64,000 nt of DNA from Gemmatimonadota bacterium (GTDB taxonomy: Bacteria > Gemmatimonadota > Gemmatimonadetes > Palauibacterales > Palauibacteraceae), in contig JBDGXI010000007.1 of assembly GCA_039584685.1 (NCBI GenBank), positions 6,135 to 70,134 of the forward strand, in the 5' to 3' direction. Both the position numbers and the translations under genes were made by a program. Of the stretch, positions 37,950 to 48,471 are shown in pieces (the stretch's first letter is position 1; each line of letters begins with the position of its first letter). Below the pieces are notes generated by a model. The model saw nothing but the letters and a program-made list of their open reading frames with translations. It ran no database searches and was not told the origin of the DNA.

Positions 37950-40285
37950 GCGTCCTCCGGCCCGCCTGGCTCCCGCCTCCCGGCCCTGCCGTAACTCCGG
38001 CGATCTCTCCACCCCAGAGCCAGTAGCGCGGCGATGCACGCCAGGGCCGAGAGTCCGGATATGGCAAATCCAAGTTTGAATTCCGCCGCCGAATACCGAA
38101 GCCTCACCGAGTGGGCCCCGGCCGGCACCACCACCCCTCGGAACGCCGTGTTGGTCCGCAGAACCTCGGTCGGCTCACCATCGACCCAGGCCCGCCAGGC
38201 CGGATAGTAGACCTCGCTCAGAAACAGGAGACCCCCCCGGTCCGCCTCGACCTCCAGGACCATTTCGTTCGGCTCGTATCGGCTGATCACTGCGACCCCC
38301 GCCCCGGCTTCCGGGGCCGCCTGCCCGTCCACTACGGCCAGGTCCAGGGGGTCCGCTCCCAGCACCCGGCGGAGCGCTTCAGCCGTGTCCGGCGTAGCTT
38401 CGACCCTTCGTGGGAAGAAGGCGTGGGGAACGTCCTGGAGCACGCGGTAGGCCGAACCTCGCGGCGCTTCGGCCGCCAGCGCCACGGCCTCGGAGTCTAC
38501 CCCGGGCCCTGCCACGATGAAGCCCACGTCCAGGAGTCCGAGGGCCGACATCGTACCCACGTTCTGCATGCCGAGCCCACCCGTAAACCGCTCGTACCAC
38601 TCGAGGCGAAACTTCTGGATTCCGGTGACCGTGGGAATCCGGTGTACGCTGAGCTCACTGGGGCCGTAGCCGGACATCCCCCCGGGCGGAAAGACCCTCT
38701 CGCCCGGGGAAAGAGACGAATGCAGGTGCTCGATCACCGGATCGGAGGGGAAGACGTCTTCCGAGTCCACGGTGCGCAGGTATCGGTCGTTAACCCGCCA
38801 TCCGTCCGCCACCAGCACCACAGCAAGAAACGCGACGGTCCACTCCGGCGCGCGGCGGTTGGCCACGGCCCATGCAGCCCCCAGAACGCCCCCGATTCCG
38901 ACGACGAGAAACCAGCCGTTCACTTGCAGGGCCCCCGCCGGATCCACCCCTCCCGCACGTGTCCACCCTGTCGGAAACCACGTCGTTCGGACCCAGCGCA
39001 GCAGGCCGTCGGGCGAAAAAGCCGCAGCGAAACCGAGCAGCAGAAGAGGCGCCGCCAGACCGAGCGCCCACCCCCAGGCGATCTCCGCCTTCCCCCGGCG
39101 CATCTCGAGCACGCGCTGCCACCCGAGGCCCGCGAGAAGGGCGATCATCAGGGTCGCGGGTCCGAGCATCATCGACGGCGCACGGAACTGCTTCACGAAG
39201 GGGAGAACGTAGTAGGCCAGCCTGTGGACCGGCGTGGCCGACCCGAGGGCGAACAACACGCACACCAGCGCCGTGATCCCCAGGAAGGTCACGCGGCGAT
39301 CATTTCGGATCGTGGTGAGCGCAAGGATCGCGAGCCCAACGGGTACGACCCCCAGGTACTCGATGTGGAGCTTGAACGGATTACTTCCCCAGTAGGTCCC
39401 GAGCGACCCTATGAGATCCGGGAGAAGTAACGCCGAGACCTCCTGCGGCGGGAGCGCCCACGACGACGCGAAGGCGTATCCTGACTCCCCCGCCCCTCCC
39501 CGTACGGCCACGTCCAGGATCTGCACGGTGGGCAGGAGCTGCGCCGCCCCGACGAGGCCCGCCACCAGGAAGGCCACGACCCACATCCCGGCGAGCCGAA
39601 CAGCGGTCGGGGCGCCGTCCGCTCGCGCCCGTTGCCCGATCCTCATCGCGGCGTACAGCGACAGGGCCAGCGAAGAGTAGTACATGAGCTGGATGTGCGG
39701 CGTGAAGATCTGCAGAGCTACGACCAGCCCCAGCCCCAGGAACCACTGAAACCGACCGGAAGCGAGGCCCCGCTCCAGCATCGTGAAGGCCAGGGGAATC
39801 AGAACCATCGCGAACATGCGTCCGTCATGTCCCCCGTATAGAGTCGAGACCACGAACCCGGTGAACATGAAGGCGAGGCCGGCCACCGCTGAAGGAACAC
39901 GCTCGAGTCCGATCGACCGGCCTGCCGCGTACGCGAACAGCCCCGAGAGGAACGTGTGCAGCACGAAGGTCCAACCGATCGCCCGGGACAGGGGCATCAG
40001 CAGGTATAGAATGCTGCTCGGATAGAACACCGGCCCGGGCAGAATGGCCAGGTAGGGCTGACCCCCGTACACGAAGGGATTCCACAGCGGAAACCCCCGC
40101 CCCGAGCGGATCTCGTCCACCCCGAACGAGCGCAGCTGATAGCCCTCGTTGATCATGTCGTCCCCGTACAGCATCGCCGCGCCGTCGAGGATGAACTCCC
40201 TGTAGAACAACAGCGCCAGGAACAACACCGACAACCCGAAGATCCACTCGAAGCGCCGCCCGTTTCCTCCCCTGTTCCGCATCAT
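37946..40285 (-). CDS. YfhO-family GT-C membrane glycosyltransferase
   Basis: 779 aa, >10 N-terminal TM helices with conserved loop YGDDMINEGY..PLWNPFVYGGQPY, large C-terminal extracytoplasmic domain. Confidence 0.7.
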   Translation of the reverse strand: MMRNRGGNGRRFEWIFGLSVLFLALLFYREFILDGAAMLYGDDMINEGYQLRSFGVDEIRSGRGFPLWNPFVYGGQPYLAILPGPVFYPSSILYLLMPLSRAIGWTFVLHTFLSGLFAYAAGRSIGLERVPSAVAGLAFMFTGFVVSTLYGGHDGRMFAMVLIPLAFTMLERGLASGRFQWFLGLGLVVALQIFTPHIQLMYYSSLALSLYAAMRIGQRARADGAPTAVRLAGMWVVAFLVAGLVGAAQLLPTVQILDVAVRGGAGESGYAFASSWALPPQEVSALLLPDLIGSLGTYWGSNPFKLHIEYLGVVPVGLAILALTTIRNDRRVTFLGITALVCVLFALGSATPVHRLAYYVLPFVKQFRAPSMMLGPATLMIALLAGLGWQRVLEMRRGKAEIAWGWALGLAAPLLLLGFAAAFSPDGLLRWVRTTWFPTGWTRAGGVDPAGALQVNGWFLVVGIGGVLGAAWAVANRRAPEWTVAFLAVVLVADGWRVNDRYLRTVDSEDVFPSDPVIEHLHSSLSPGERVFPPGGMSGYGPSELSVHRIPTVTGIQKFRLEWYERFTGGLGMQNVGTMSALGLLDVGFIVAGPGVDSEAVALAAEAPRGSAYRVLQDVPHAFFPRRVEATPDTAEALRRVLGADPLDLAVVDGQAAPEAGAGVAVISRYEPNEMVLEVEADRGGLLFLSEVYYPAWRAWVDGEPTEVLRTNTAFRGVVVPAGAHSVRLRYSAAEFKLGFAISGLSALACIAALLALGWRDRRSYGRAGRREPGGPEDA

Positions 40286-41046
40286 TCGGCAGCCTCCCTC
40301 TCGTCAGGCGGCCTCGGCGGCCGCTCGAGGAAGAAGAACCACTGCGGAGATCCAGTCCTGAGAAGGGCGCCGCGGACCTCGTTCGGGAGGCGACGGGTCC
40401 ATCCCCATGCGGCCGCCCATCCAGCTCCCCACGTAGATCGAATCAGGTCGTCGATCGCCTGCTCCGTGACATCATGTACGATAAAACCAGCGGAACGCAT
40501 GAGCCTCGTCAGCGGTCGGTAGGTGAGAAACCGGATGTCGTCGTACGAGCTCCCCCGGCGCGCCAGGCGAAGGTAGGTCCCGGCGGCTCCCGCGGGTAGC
40601 CAACTGAGGAACGGTAGCCGGTAGTGCGGCTCGATGACCGCCCGGCGACTGCCCGCCGTCACATACGCGCGTCCTCCCGGCCTCAACACCCGGTAGGTCT
40701 CACGAAACATCTCTCCCGGGTCGGGTACGTGCTCGTACAGGTGGTTCAGCATGGCGAAGTCGAGGCTCTCGGAGGCGAAGGGGATGCTGAGCACGTCCCC
40801 CCTCACCATCCGCCCTCTCTCGACAATGAAGTTCGCGTCTATTTCCAGTCCATAAATGGGGTTACCCGTCTTGTCCTCAAGTGCTTTACGAATAATGCCC
40901 GTGCCGGCTCCCAGGTCGGCCGCCCGAGCGGATCCCCCGAGGTAGGGCGAGCACAGGTGGGCGATGACCGCGGCCTTTCGCATCCGCCCCGTCCGATACG
41001 CCTCCGTCGCCGTGAACCGCTCGTACCGATCAGTCCCGGCGCCCAC
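40282..41046 (-). CDS. Class I SAM-dependent methyltransferase
   Basis: Motif I DLGAGTGI, acidic post-I residue, motif II; start approximate (GTG 41046 or ATG 40983). Confidence 0.6.
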   Translation of the reverse strand: MGAGTDRYERFTATEAYRTGRMRKAAVIAHLCSPYLGGSARAADLGAGTGIIRKALEDKTGNPIYGLEIDANFIVERGRMVRGDVLSIPFASESLDFAMLNHLYEHVPDPGEMFRETYRVLRPGGRAYVTAGSRRAVIEPHYRLPFLSWLPAGAAGTYLRLARRGSSYDDIRFLTYRPLTRLMRSAGFIVHDVTEQAIDDLIRSTWGAGWAAAWGWTRRLPNEVRGALLRTGSPQWFFFLERPPRPPDEREAAE

Positions 41047-42250
41047 GGCGTGCCTCCAGCGCGGCCGTGTACACGACGTCCGTCTCAGCGAGTATCCGAT
41101 CCCATGAGAACCGGGTCGAGGCCTCCATCTTTGCGCGCGCCGCCACCCGTCGGGCCTCGTCCGGATCCGACGATACCTCGAAGATCCTGTCGGCGAGGAC
41201 CTCCGAATCCCCGGGATCCACCAGCCAGCCAGTGACCCCATCGGTCACGATGTCGAGTATGCCGCCGGCCCGGGACGCGATGACGGGGCGCTCGTGGGCC
41301 ATCGCCTCGAGGAGAACGACCCCCAGCCCTTCGGTATCACCTCTCGAGTCCACCACCGCGGGAAGCACGAAGATGTCGCACGCGGCGTACTCCCGGGCGA
41401 GCCTTTCCGGGCTCACGAAGCCGAGCAGGCGAACGTGGTCGGCCACCCCCTCGAGGGCCGCGGTCCGCGTCACACGGTCCACGGTATTCCCGGACCCGAC
41501 GATCACAAGCTCGGCATCCCGCCGGTGCCGGAGCCTGGCCAGCGCCCGGACCAGCACTTCAACTCCCTTTCGCTCGACCAGGCGGCCGACGAACAACAGG
41601 CGAATCGGAGCTTTCGGATCGGCCAGCGCAGGCCCGGCGACGAGGTGTCCGACTTTCGGTAGGGCCGCCGCATACGGGATCACCGTGACGGGCCGGTCCA
41701 CCAACGCCTGCACGGCACGGGCCGTCGAGCTCGAGATGGCGGTAACCGCATCGGCCGACCGGATCGTCCATTTCAGGAACGGGCGCAGCCACCGCAGCCG
41801 GTGCTCGATCCAGTTCACTTCCACGCTGTAGAAGCTGCACACCATCGCCGTGCGGCCACCGGAGGCCCGTCGCATCGCACTGCCGAACAGCGCGTGAGGC
41901 ATCGGCCAATGTACATGCACCAGGTCCGCCCCTTCCCCGCCCACGGCGGCGGCAGATCGTCTGCCCGCCGCCAGGTAGGCCGGCACGAGCGCGGCGGTGG
42001 CCGGCCGGTCTCGGATCCGATCCGGAACCGACTGGTCGTGCGTAAGAGTCTCCAGAAAACGGGGCGCGTAGCGAAACCGGCGAACCGGGACACCCGATGT
42101 CTCTTCCCGCGGCCCGCCACGGTAAGCCGGCGCGAGGACACAGGCGTCGATCCCGGCCTCGCGCTGCCGGCGCACCAGCTCCACCAGCCACGGCGTGATG
42201 TGGTCTTCCGCGTGCCTTGGAAACGCCGTCGCTACGTGCACGACCTTCAT
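41030..42250 (-). CDS. GT4-family (GT-B) glycosyltransferase
   Basis: Retaining GT-B C-terminal EX7E region (FVLPAVVDSRGDTEGLGVVLLEAMA), ~407 aa; ATG 42250 in ATGA overlap with upstream gene. Confidence 0.7.
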   Translation of the reverse strand: MKVVHVATAFPRHAEDHITPWLVELVRRQREAGIDACVLAPAYRGGPREETSGVPVRRFRYAPRFLETLTHDQSVPDRIRDRPATAALVPAYLAAGRRSAAAVGGEGADLVHVHWPMPHALFGSAMRRASGGRTAMVCSFYSVEVNWIEHRLRWLRPFLKWTIRSADAVTAISSSTARAVQALVDRPVTVIPYAAALPKVGHLVAGPALADPKAPIRLLFVGRLVERKGVEVLVRALARLRHRRDAELVIVGSGNTVDRVTRTAALEGVADHVRLLGFVSPERLAREYAACDIFVLPAVVDSRGDTEGLGVVLLEAMAHERPVIASRAGGILDIVTDGVTGWLVDPGDSEVLADRIFEVSSDPDEARRVAARAKMEASTRFSWDRILAETDVVYTAALEARRGRRD

Positions 42251-43851
42251 GGCCCGCCGGACAGCGACGCGGTTCGAGGGACCGGCAGCATCCGGAGAAG
42301 CACGGTCCCCTGCTCTCCGCCCAATGCGTGCACGACCTCGAACCGGTCCAGGTACGCTGCGACGGCCGGGATCAGGTACATGTCCGTGGTCGCGCTGAGG
42401 CGATCCACGACCACGTAGTCGGCCCCCATTTCCTCGAGTCCGCGGAGAACGGCCGAAGGATCGGTAGAGTACGGATAGAGATCGCCCTGGCGCCGCGAAA
42501 ACAGGAAGAATGTCGCCGGGCTGCGATTGGCGATCACCGAGCCCTCCGGCGTGTTGTCGGCCGCCCACCGCCCCATGGAGTAGAACTCCCTGTACTCCGG
42601 GCGGTCGCACGGGTGCCCACTCCTGTAGGAGAACTGGCACGCGATGCGAGGGGGAGCCACTAGCCCCGAAGAGATCAGCGCAACTGCGGCGATCCCCGCC
42701 GCGGCCAACCCGACGATCCCCGAGCCGACCCTCTCATCCACCCGCCGAACGGCGCCAGCCGCTCCCACCACGCCGAACACCACGAGCAGCGGAAGGACCG
42801 GGAGCAGGAACCTGCGGTCGGTCCACACGGGCGGCCACAACGAGATGAGCCCCATGTACAGGGCAACCACGAGATGCGCGAGCCGCAGCCTCGTCACCGC
42901 CGAGCGAAGCCAACCGGCCAGCACGAGAGAGCTCATGAACACGCCGGCCAGGGCCGTGCTGGTAATGGTACCGCGGCTTCTCGTGGGGAACCCGAACGAG
43001 CCCGGGAATTCCGAGCTCACGTAGCGCCACAGGTTGCGCGCCGCCCGCGCCGGGAAATCAGCCAGACCGAGGGTGCCGGCGGCGGGGGCGTACGGATTCT
43101 CCTGAACCAGCTGCTGCAGATACCCGGGGTGGGTGGGCTGCGCGACATGTTGATAGGCAGCCCAGCCGGCCACACAGGCGGCCGAGACGATTATCGCCAC
43201 CGCAGATCGACGCACATCCCGGTTCATCAGGGTCCACACCACGAGAGCCAGGAGCACCGCCAGTCCAGCCGTCCGGGTTAGGAATGCCGCGGCGCCGGCA
43301 ACCAGGGCCATCGCCCCCACCTTGCGGTCCGGCAGCGTGACCCCGATCACCGAGAGAAGGAGGAACGTGAACGCCGCCTCGGACAGCACCCGGTGAGAGA
43401 AGTCCAGCAGCACGGGAGAGATAGCGAACAGTCCGGTGGCGACGATGGCGGCCCCACGACCCGTGAAGGACCTTGCGATCCGATACGTCAGCCACACGGC
43501 GCCGGCCCCGAACGCCAGCGAAACCGCCTTGAACAACTGCAGTCCGCCGAACCAACCGGATACCGCCAGGATCAGAGGATAGCCGGGGGGAAACTTCGCG
43601 TGCAGGGGCGAGCCCGGCAGCTGAATGTCCCTGAATCCCAGCCCGTTGCGCAGAGATTCGCCGAGGACCATGTAGTGCCCTGCATCCGCCCCGGGAAACA
43701 GCGTCGGCTCGTACACGAGCAACGCCAGGAGTGCGAAGGTCCCGACCAGCGCCGCAACCGCGCCGCCGCCCTCCTCCCCCGCTTCCCCCGACGTGGCGAC
43801 CGGCGTCGAGTCCGTCGGGATGGCCCGTCCTTCTTTGCGCCTCCGGATCAC
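42247..43851 (-). CDS. ArnT/PMT-like GT-C glycosyltransferase (GT39/GT83 type, lipid-linked sugar dependent)
   Basis: First periplasmic loop DAGHYMVLGESLRNGLGF resembles ArnT/PMT D-x-x-Y...E...G-xW motif; ~12 TM; GTG 43851 in GTGA overlap with upstream GT2. Confidence 0.65.
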   Translation of the reverse strand: MIRRRKEGRAIPTDSTPVATSGEAGEEGGGAVAALVGTFALLALLVYEPTLFPGADAGHYMVLGESLRNGLGFRDIQLPGSPLHAKFPPGYPLILAVSGWFGGLQLFKAVSLAFGAGAVWLTYRIARSFTGRGAAIVATGLFAISPVLLDFSHRVLSEAAFTFLLLSVIGVTLPDRKVGAMALVAGAAAFLTRTAGLAVLLALVVWTLMNRDVRRSAVAIIVSAACVAGWAAYQHVAQPTHPGYLQQLVQENPYAPAAGTLGLADFPARAARNLWRYVSSEFPGSFGFPTRSRGTITSTALAGVFMSSLVLAGWLRSAVTRLRLAHLVVALYMGLISLWPPVWTDRRFLLPVLPLLVVFGVVGAAGAVRRVDERVGSGIVGLAAAGIAAVALISSGLVAPPRIACQFSYRSGHPCDRPEYREFYSMGRWAADNTPEGSVIANRSPATFFLFSRRQGDLYPYSTDPSAVLRGLEEMGADYVVVDRLSATTDMYLIPAVAAYLDRFEVVHALGGEQGTVLLRMLPVPRTASLSGGP

Positions 43852-44813
43852 CGTCGAAGCTCTCGGCGGAGATCCTCGACCTCGGCCCGGAGCCCCGCTA
43901 TCAGTTCCGCCAAAAGGCCGGCGACGAACAGCAGACCTCCCAGAAGCACGAGAAAGACGACAAGAGTGAGCAGCGGACGGAACCCGGCACCGAGCGCATA
44001 GCGGAGGAAGAGAGCCACGATGCCCACGACGACCCCGAGTCCCGCCATGAAGAGACCGGTGAGTCCGAAGAAGAGCATCGGCTTGCGACTGAATACGAGC
44101 TGAAACCACACGGACACCAGGTCCAGAAGCCCTACCAGCACCCTGCCCTGTCCCCCGTACTTGGATACGCCGTGCCTTCGAGGGCGGAGGTCGATATCGA
44201 TCTCTCCGATGCGGAAGCCGCGATCATGTGCCAGCACGATCAGGTACCGGTGCCAGTCCTCGCGCAGGTGGATCTCGTCCACGACCTCCCGCCGGAAGGA
44301 CTTCATCGAGTTCAGGTCGCGCACCGGCACCCTGAAGATCGCTCGCGAGAGGCCGTTGTAGATTCCCGACACGAAACGCTTGGGATAGTCCCCGACCTTC
44401 CTTCCCGCCACCACGTCGTGTCCATCATCCAGGGCGTCCAGAAAACGGGGAATCTCGTCCGTGGAATGCTGTAGATCGGCGTCGAACAGGACGAAGCTCT
44501 GAGAATCACTGGCTCCTACGGCCGTCACGATCGCCGCTGTTTTTCCCCTGTTGACGCGATGTCGGAGGAACATCGTCCGATTCTCCACGCCCGCGGCCCT
44601 GGACGCAGCGCGCGCCGCGTCCAGCGTCCCGTCCGTCGAGCCATCGTCCACGAGGATGATCTCGCCACCCAGCGCGAACCGCTCGAACGTCTCGGCCAGG
44701 TCCCGGAACAGATCGGGCATGTTCTCCACCTCGTTGAAGGCGGGAACGATTACCGAAAAGCGTCTGGGGGCCGGCGGGAGGGGTTCGGCGGGGGGAAGCC
44801 CGGACTCGGTCAT
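43848..44813 (-). CDS. GT2 undecaprenyl-phosphate sugar synthase, ArnC/GtrB-like, with two C-terminal TM helices
   Basis: GT-A motifs (SVIVPAFNE, DDGSTDGT, DADLQH) plus C-terminal TM pair typical of ArnC/GtrB/CsbB. Confidence 0.7.
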   Translation of the reverse strand: MTESGLPPAEPLPPAPRRFSVIVPAFNEVENMPDLFRDLAETFERFALGGEIILVDDGSTDGTLDAARAASRAAGVENRTMFLRHRVNRGKTAAIVTAVGASDSQSFVLFDADLQHSTDEIPRFLDALDDGHDVVAGRKVGDYPKRFVSGIYNGLSRAIFRVPVRDLNSMKSFRREVVDEIHLREDWHRYLIVLAHDRGFRIGEIDIDLRPRRHGVSKYGGQGRVLVGLLDLVSVWFQLVFSRKPMLFFGLTGLFMAGLGVVVGIVALFLRYALGAGFRPLLTLVVFLVLLGGLLFVAGLLAELIAGLRAEVEDLRRELRR

Positions 44814-46249
44814 ACTCGCTTACGCATCCTCGCCGAGAGGATTCCGAGCTGATCCCTGTACTTCGCCACCGTGCGGCGCGCTATCTGGACGCCTTCTCTC
44901 TTCAGGACATCCACGATGGCCTGGTCGGTCAGCGGCTTCTTGGGATCTTCGTCGGCCACCAGCTTCTGGATCCGGGCCCGTATCCCCCGGGCGGAGACAT
45001 CCTCACCGTAGTCTGTCGACAGGCCGGAGGAGAAGAAGAACTTGAGGGGCAGCACACCCCTCGGTGTCTGCACGAACTTGTCGTTGGTCACCCGCGATAC
45101 GGTGGACTCATGCATGTCGATATGCTCGGCCACCTCTCGCAGGGTGAGCGGTCGCAGATGCTCCACTCCCTTCTCGAAGAACTCGCGTTGACGATCGACG
45201 ATGAAACCCATGACTTTCAGCATCGTCTGCCGTCTCTGCTCGATGGCCTGTATCATCCACTGGGCGCTGTTCAGCTTCTTGGCGATGAACGCCTTGTTCT
45301 CACCCTGGAATTGACTCCGATCCTGTGCTACCTCCCGGTAGGATCGCGACAGCTTGAGTCGCGGCAACGACGAGTCGTTGTGGAACACGAAGTATTCGCC
45401 ATCGACCTTTTCCACCACGAGGTCGGGTATCACGTAGTTGTCGCTCATATCCGCGTACTTCAGGCCCGGCTTCGGATCGAGCTTCGAGATCGAATCGGCT
45501 GCGCTCTGAACGTCCACCGGAGGAATCCCGTGCTCCTTCGACAGCTCACTCCACCTGTGGTTGACGAGCTGTTCGAAATGATCGCGGATGATCTGGAAGG
45601 CCAGCGTGTCGTCTTCGCCCCTCTCCCTCAGCTGGATCAGCAGGGTTTCCTGGAGGTCCCGGGCTCCGACGCCGGAGGGATAGAAGCCCTGGATGATCCG
45701 GAGCACGGCTTCGGCCTCCTCGAGCGTGAACGGCTCCATCTCGGACCACAGCTCCGGCTCGCTCTCGGCCAGCCACGTATTCGCGGCCTCGACCACCTCT
45801 TCCAGGCTGCAGGCCAGGAATCCTTCCCGGTCCACGTTGCCGATGATCTCCTCGCCGAGCGCGAACTCCCTCTGTCCCAGCTTGAGGAGATTCAGCTGCT
45901 CGCGCAGGTGCTCCCACAGATCCGGCGGCGCTGCCGGAGTGGGCATGTAGTGCTCCTTGTCCTCGAACTGACTGCGCCGGCCACCCGCGTCGAATCCGTT
46001 GAGGAGGATCTCTTCCCAGTCGACCTCGTCCTCGTCCTCCTCCTCTTCCTGCGTCTCCTCCGGCAATTCCTCTTCAGCCATCTCGGTGAATTCGAGGAAC
46101 GGATTGACCAGCACCTCCATCTTGAGGTGAGCCTGGAGATCCAGCAGCGGCATATAGAGCAGATCCATCGCCTGATACAGGCGCGGATTGATCTTGAGTT
46201 CCTGCCGCATGCCGAGGCTCTGCGACAGCCCCCTCTTGAAATCGGCCAT
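44810..46249 (-). CDS. rpoN: RNA polymerase sigma-54 factor
   Basis: N-terminal Q/L-rich activator-interaction region, core-binding domain, C-terminal HTH and RpoN box (ARRTVAKYR). Confidence 0.85.
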   Translation of the reverse strand: MADFKRGLSQSLGMRQELKINPRLYQAMDLLYMPLLDLQAHLKMEVLVNPFLEFTEMAEEELPEETQEEEEDEDEVDWEEILLNGFDAGGRRSQFEDKEHYMPTPAAPPDLWEHLREQLNLLKLGQREFALGEEIIGNVDREGFLACSLEEVVEAANTWLAESEPELWSEMEPFTLEEAEAVLRIIQGFYPSGVGARDLQETLLIQLRERGEDDTLAFQIIRDHFEQLVNHRWSELSKEHGIPPVDVQSAADSISKLDPKPGLKYADMSDNYVIPDLVVEKVDGEYFVFHNDSSLPRLKLSRSYREVAQDRSQFQGENKAFIAKKLNSAQWMIQAIEQRRQTMLKVMGFIVDRQREFFEKGVEHLRPLTLREVAEHIDMHESTVSRVTNDKFVQTPRGVLPLKFFFSSGLSTDYGEDVSARGIRARIQKLVADEDPKKPLTDQAIVDVLKREGVQIARRTVAKYRDQLGILSARMRKRV

Positions 46250-46378
46250 GTGCTACCCGGTTATTCCACTTGATCTGGTTTGGCGGCCCTCAGGCCGTGC
46301 TGTATGTAAGATAGCGAACGGGGTTCCACGGCACACCCCTTGCAGGGCGGCCGCGCGTGGAAGGCTATGTCGGGGTTT

Positions 46379-47110
46379 CTACAACTCGAAGTCGAGACCC
46401 AGGTACATCTTCCGGGCTTCCGGATCCTCGACGAGCGTTTGCGCCGGACCCTCGATGTGAATTCGACCGTTGAACATCAGGTAGGCTCGATCCGTGATCG
46501 AGAGGGTCTCGCGCACGTTGTGGTCCGTGATCAGCACGCCCAGCCCGCGCTCCCTGAGCTCGGCCACTATCCGCTGGATATCGTCTACTGCGATCGGATC
46601 GACTCCGGCGAACGGCTCGTCGAGCAACATGAACTTGGGACTGGTCACCAGAGCCCGAGTAATCTCGAGCCTCCTTCGCTCTCCACCGGACAACGAATCG
46701 GCCTTGTTCTTTCTCAAGTGCCCGATCGACAGTTCCCCGAGAAGCTCGTCCAGACGCTGATAGCGCTCCGAGCGAGTCATGTCCAGAGTCTGCAGAATGG
46801 CCATGACGTTCTGCTCGACCGTCAGACGCCGGAAGATCGAGGGCTCCTGCGACAGGTATCCGATCCCCGCCCGAGCGCGGCGGTACATCGGTATCCCGGT
46901 CAACTCCTGCTGGTCGAGGTAGACGCGGCCCGCGTTCGCCGCGAGCAGTCCGACGATCATGTAGAATGTGGTGGTCTTCCCCGCCCCGTTGGGTCCAAGC
47001 AGACCGACGATTTCGCCCTGGCGGACTTCGAGGTCGACTCCGTCCACGACACTCCGCTTGCCGAAGGTCTTGACCAGGCCTTCAGCCCTCAGAACGCTCT
47101 GCTCGCTCAC
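46379..47110 (-). CDS. lptB: LPS export ABC transporter ATP-binding protein
   Basis: Walker [10 protein letters not shown], signature [11 protein letters not shown], Walker B LLDEP; GTG 47110 in GTGA overlap with lptA stop. Confidence 0.8.
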   Translation of the reverse strand: MSEQSVLRAEGLVKTFGKRSVVDGVDLEVRQGEIVGLLGPNGAGKTTTFYMIVGLLAANAGRVYLDQQELTGIPMYRRARAGIGYLSQEPSIFRRLTVEQNVMAILQTLDMTRSERYQRLDELLGELSIGHLRKNKADSLSGGERRRLEITRALVTSPKFMLLDEPFAGVDPIAVDDIQRIVAELRERGLGVLITDHNVRETLSITDRAYLMFNGRIHIEGPAQTLVEDPEARKMYLGLDFEL

Positions 47111-48471
47111 CCACCGCCTCCTTCCGTCGAGGGCTCGAGATAGATACCTATGGCATCCTTCGCGACGACCTCGGATGGCTCTCCATCCTGGAACAACACT
47201 TCGATGCGGTTGCCGAGCAGATAATTCCTGGACGGTGACATGGAGCGCGCCGAATCTCTCACCGAGGCATAGAACGAGCGGGCGCTGCCCAGAGACAGAA
47301 GACGCTCCGGAGTGGGGTCTGCCTCCGACGGTGGTGTGAGTGAGTCCACCGGCGAGGCGGAAAAGAAAGCCCGGATCGTATCGCCCGTCAGCCAGTTCGA
47401 TCCCGGGTCGAGATCCCGGGTCGCCTCGATCAGCTGTGTTCCAGGGACATGGGGATCCGTCTCCACCGAAGCCGCAGACCCCACGGAAGCGATGGAGTCC
47501 AGGCGACCGGCCGTGAGGGAAAACTCGATGGAGTCGCCGGATAGCTGGAACGAGCCCGAAACGGCTATGGAACGCCCTTCGCCGTAGGCCCACAGGCGTT
47601 CGACCTCTCCCCCCCTGATCTCGGCCGTCACCAGATCGGCTTGCAGTTCGAAATCCTGGCCGGTAGCCGCAGCATCACCGAAGGACCTGACCTCTCGAAG
47701 TTCGTCCTCCGAGAACCGGGCCAGAACGCTGTCTCCCGTCAGTTCGAAGCCCTCGCCTCGAATGATCGGGTTGCCATACAGAACCCCGAGCCCGTCAGAA
47801 TCGAAGCGCGCGCTGTCGGCCGTCGCATCGAGGTCCGAGCGGTGAATCTCCACGTTGCCACGCGCGAAGGCCCGCTGCTCTCCCACGAACTCCGCCACGT
47901 CCGAATCGACCAGGAAAGCCTCGGTCCCTGGACCTCCCGTCGGTAGAGTCATATGGGGCCGACCCGTGGCCACCGTACGGCTTCCGCGGAACGGAGTCCG
48001 CAGGAAGTCCACCCGCGGTCCCTCCAGCGTGGCCCCGGATTGAAGTCGCTCCAACCGCACATCCCCCTCCGACACGACGCGATCCGACAGTCCGTAGTAG
48101 GTCACCCGCTCCGCGTCGAGGACTCGAGTGGAGTCGCGGTATCGGACGGAGCCGATCATGAGCGCCTCGGCAATGTGTTCCAGGTGAACGGCACTGTCAC
48201 CCGTCATCGAGGCGTCTCCGCACCGACCCAGCACCAGTCCTCCGCCCAGATGCATCGCATAGCGCCCCTCAGCCCCCGGGATCGCCAGCATGTTGCTTCG
48301 CGGCTGATCGCGTGACCCGGCCTCTGCCACTACCCGGACCCGCAGCTGACAACTGGGAGTAACCTGTGCGGCGGAGGCCCGGGGACCGACCAGCGCCACC
48401 AGAGACGCGAGAGCGGCCGACCAAACCGCCGCCTGGCGCGAGGCGGCGCGGGGTGCGAGGCGCGCGATCAT
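47107..48471 (-). CDS. lptA: LptA-like periplasmic LPS-transport protein (OstA-like domain), unusually long at 454 aa
   Basis: Signal peptide, OstA-like beta-jellyroll repeats ([24 protein letters not shown]); position between lptC and lptB. Confidence 0.6.
   Translation of the reverse strand: MIARLAPRAASRQAAVWSAALASLVALVGPRASAAQVTPSCQLRVRVVAEAGSRDQPRSNMLAIPGAEGRYAMHLGGGLVLGRCGDASMTGDSAVHLEHIAEALMIGSVRYRDSTRVLDAERVTYYGLSDRVVSEGDVRLERLQSGATLEGPRVDFLRTPFRGSRTVATGRPHMTLPTGGPGTEAFLVDSDVAEFVGEQRAFARGNVEIHRSDLDATADSARFDSDGLGVLYGNPIIRGEGFELTGDSVLARFSEDELREVRSFGDAAATGQDFELQADLVTAEIRGGEVERLWAYGEGRSIAVSGSFQLSGDSIEFSLTAGRLDSIASVGSAASVETDPHVPGTQLIEATRDLDPGSNWLTGDTIRAFFSASPVDSLTPPSEADPTPERLLSLGSARSFYASVRDSARSMSPSRNYLLGNRIEVLFQDGEPSEVVAKDAIGIYLEPSTEGGGG

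Noticed and set aside
41030-42250. The GT4 being BshA (bacillithiol GlcNAc-malate synthase) because bshC is in the window
   Set aside because: It lies 20 kb away on the other strand inside a translationally coupled glycan cluster; context favours a glycan-building role, and sequence alone cannot assign BshA.
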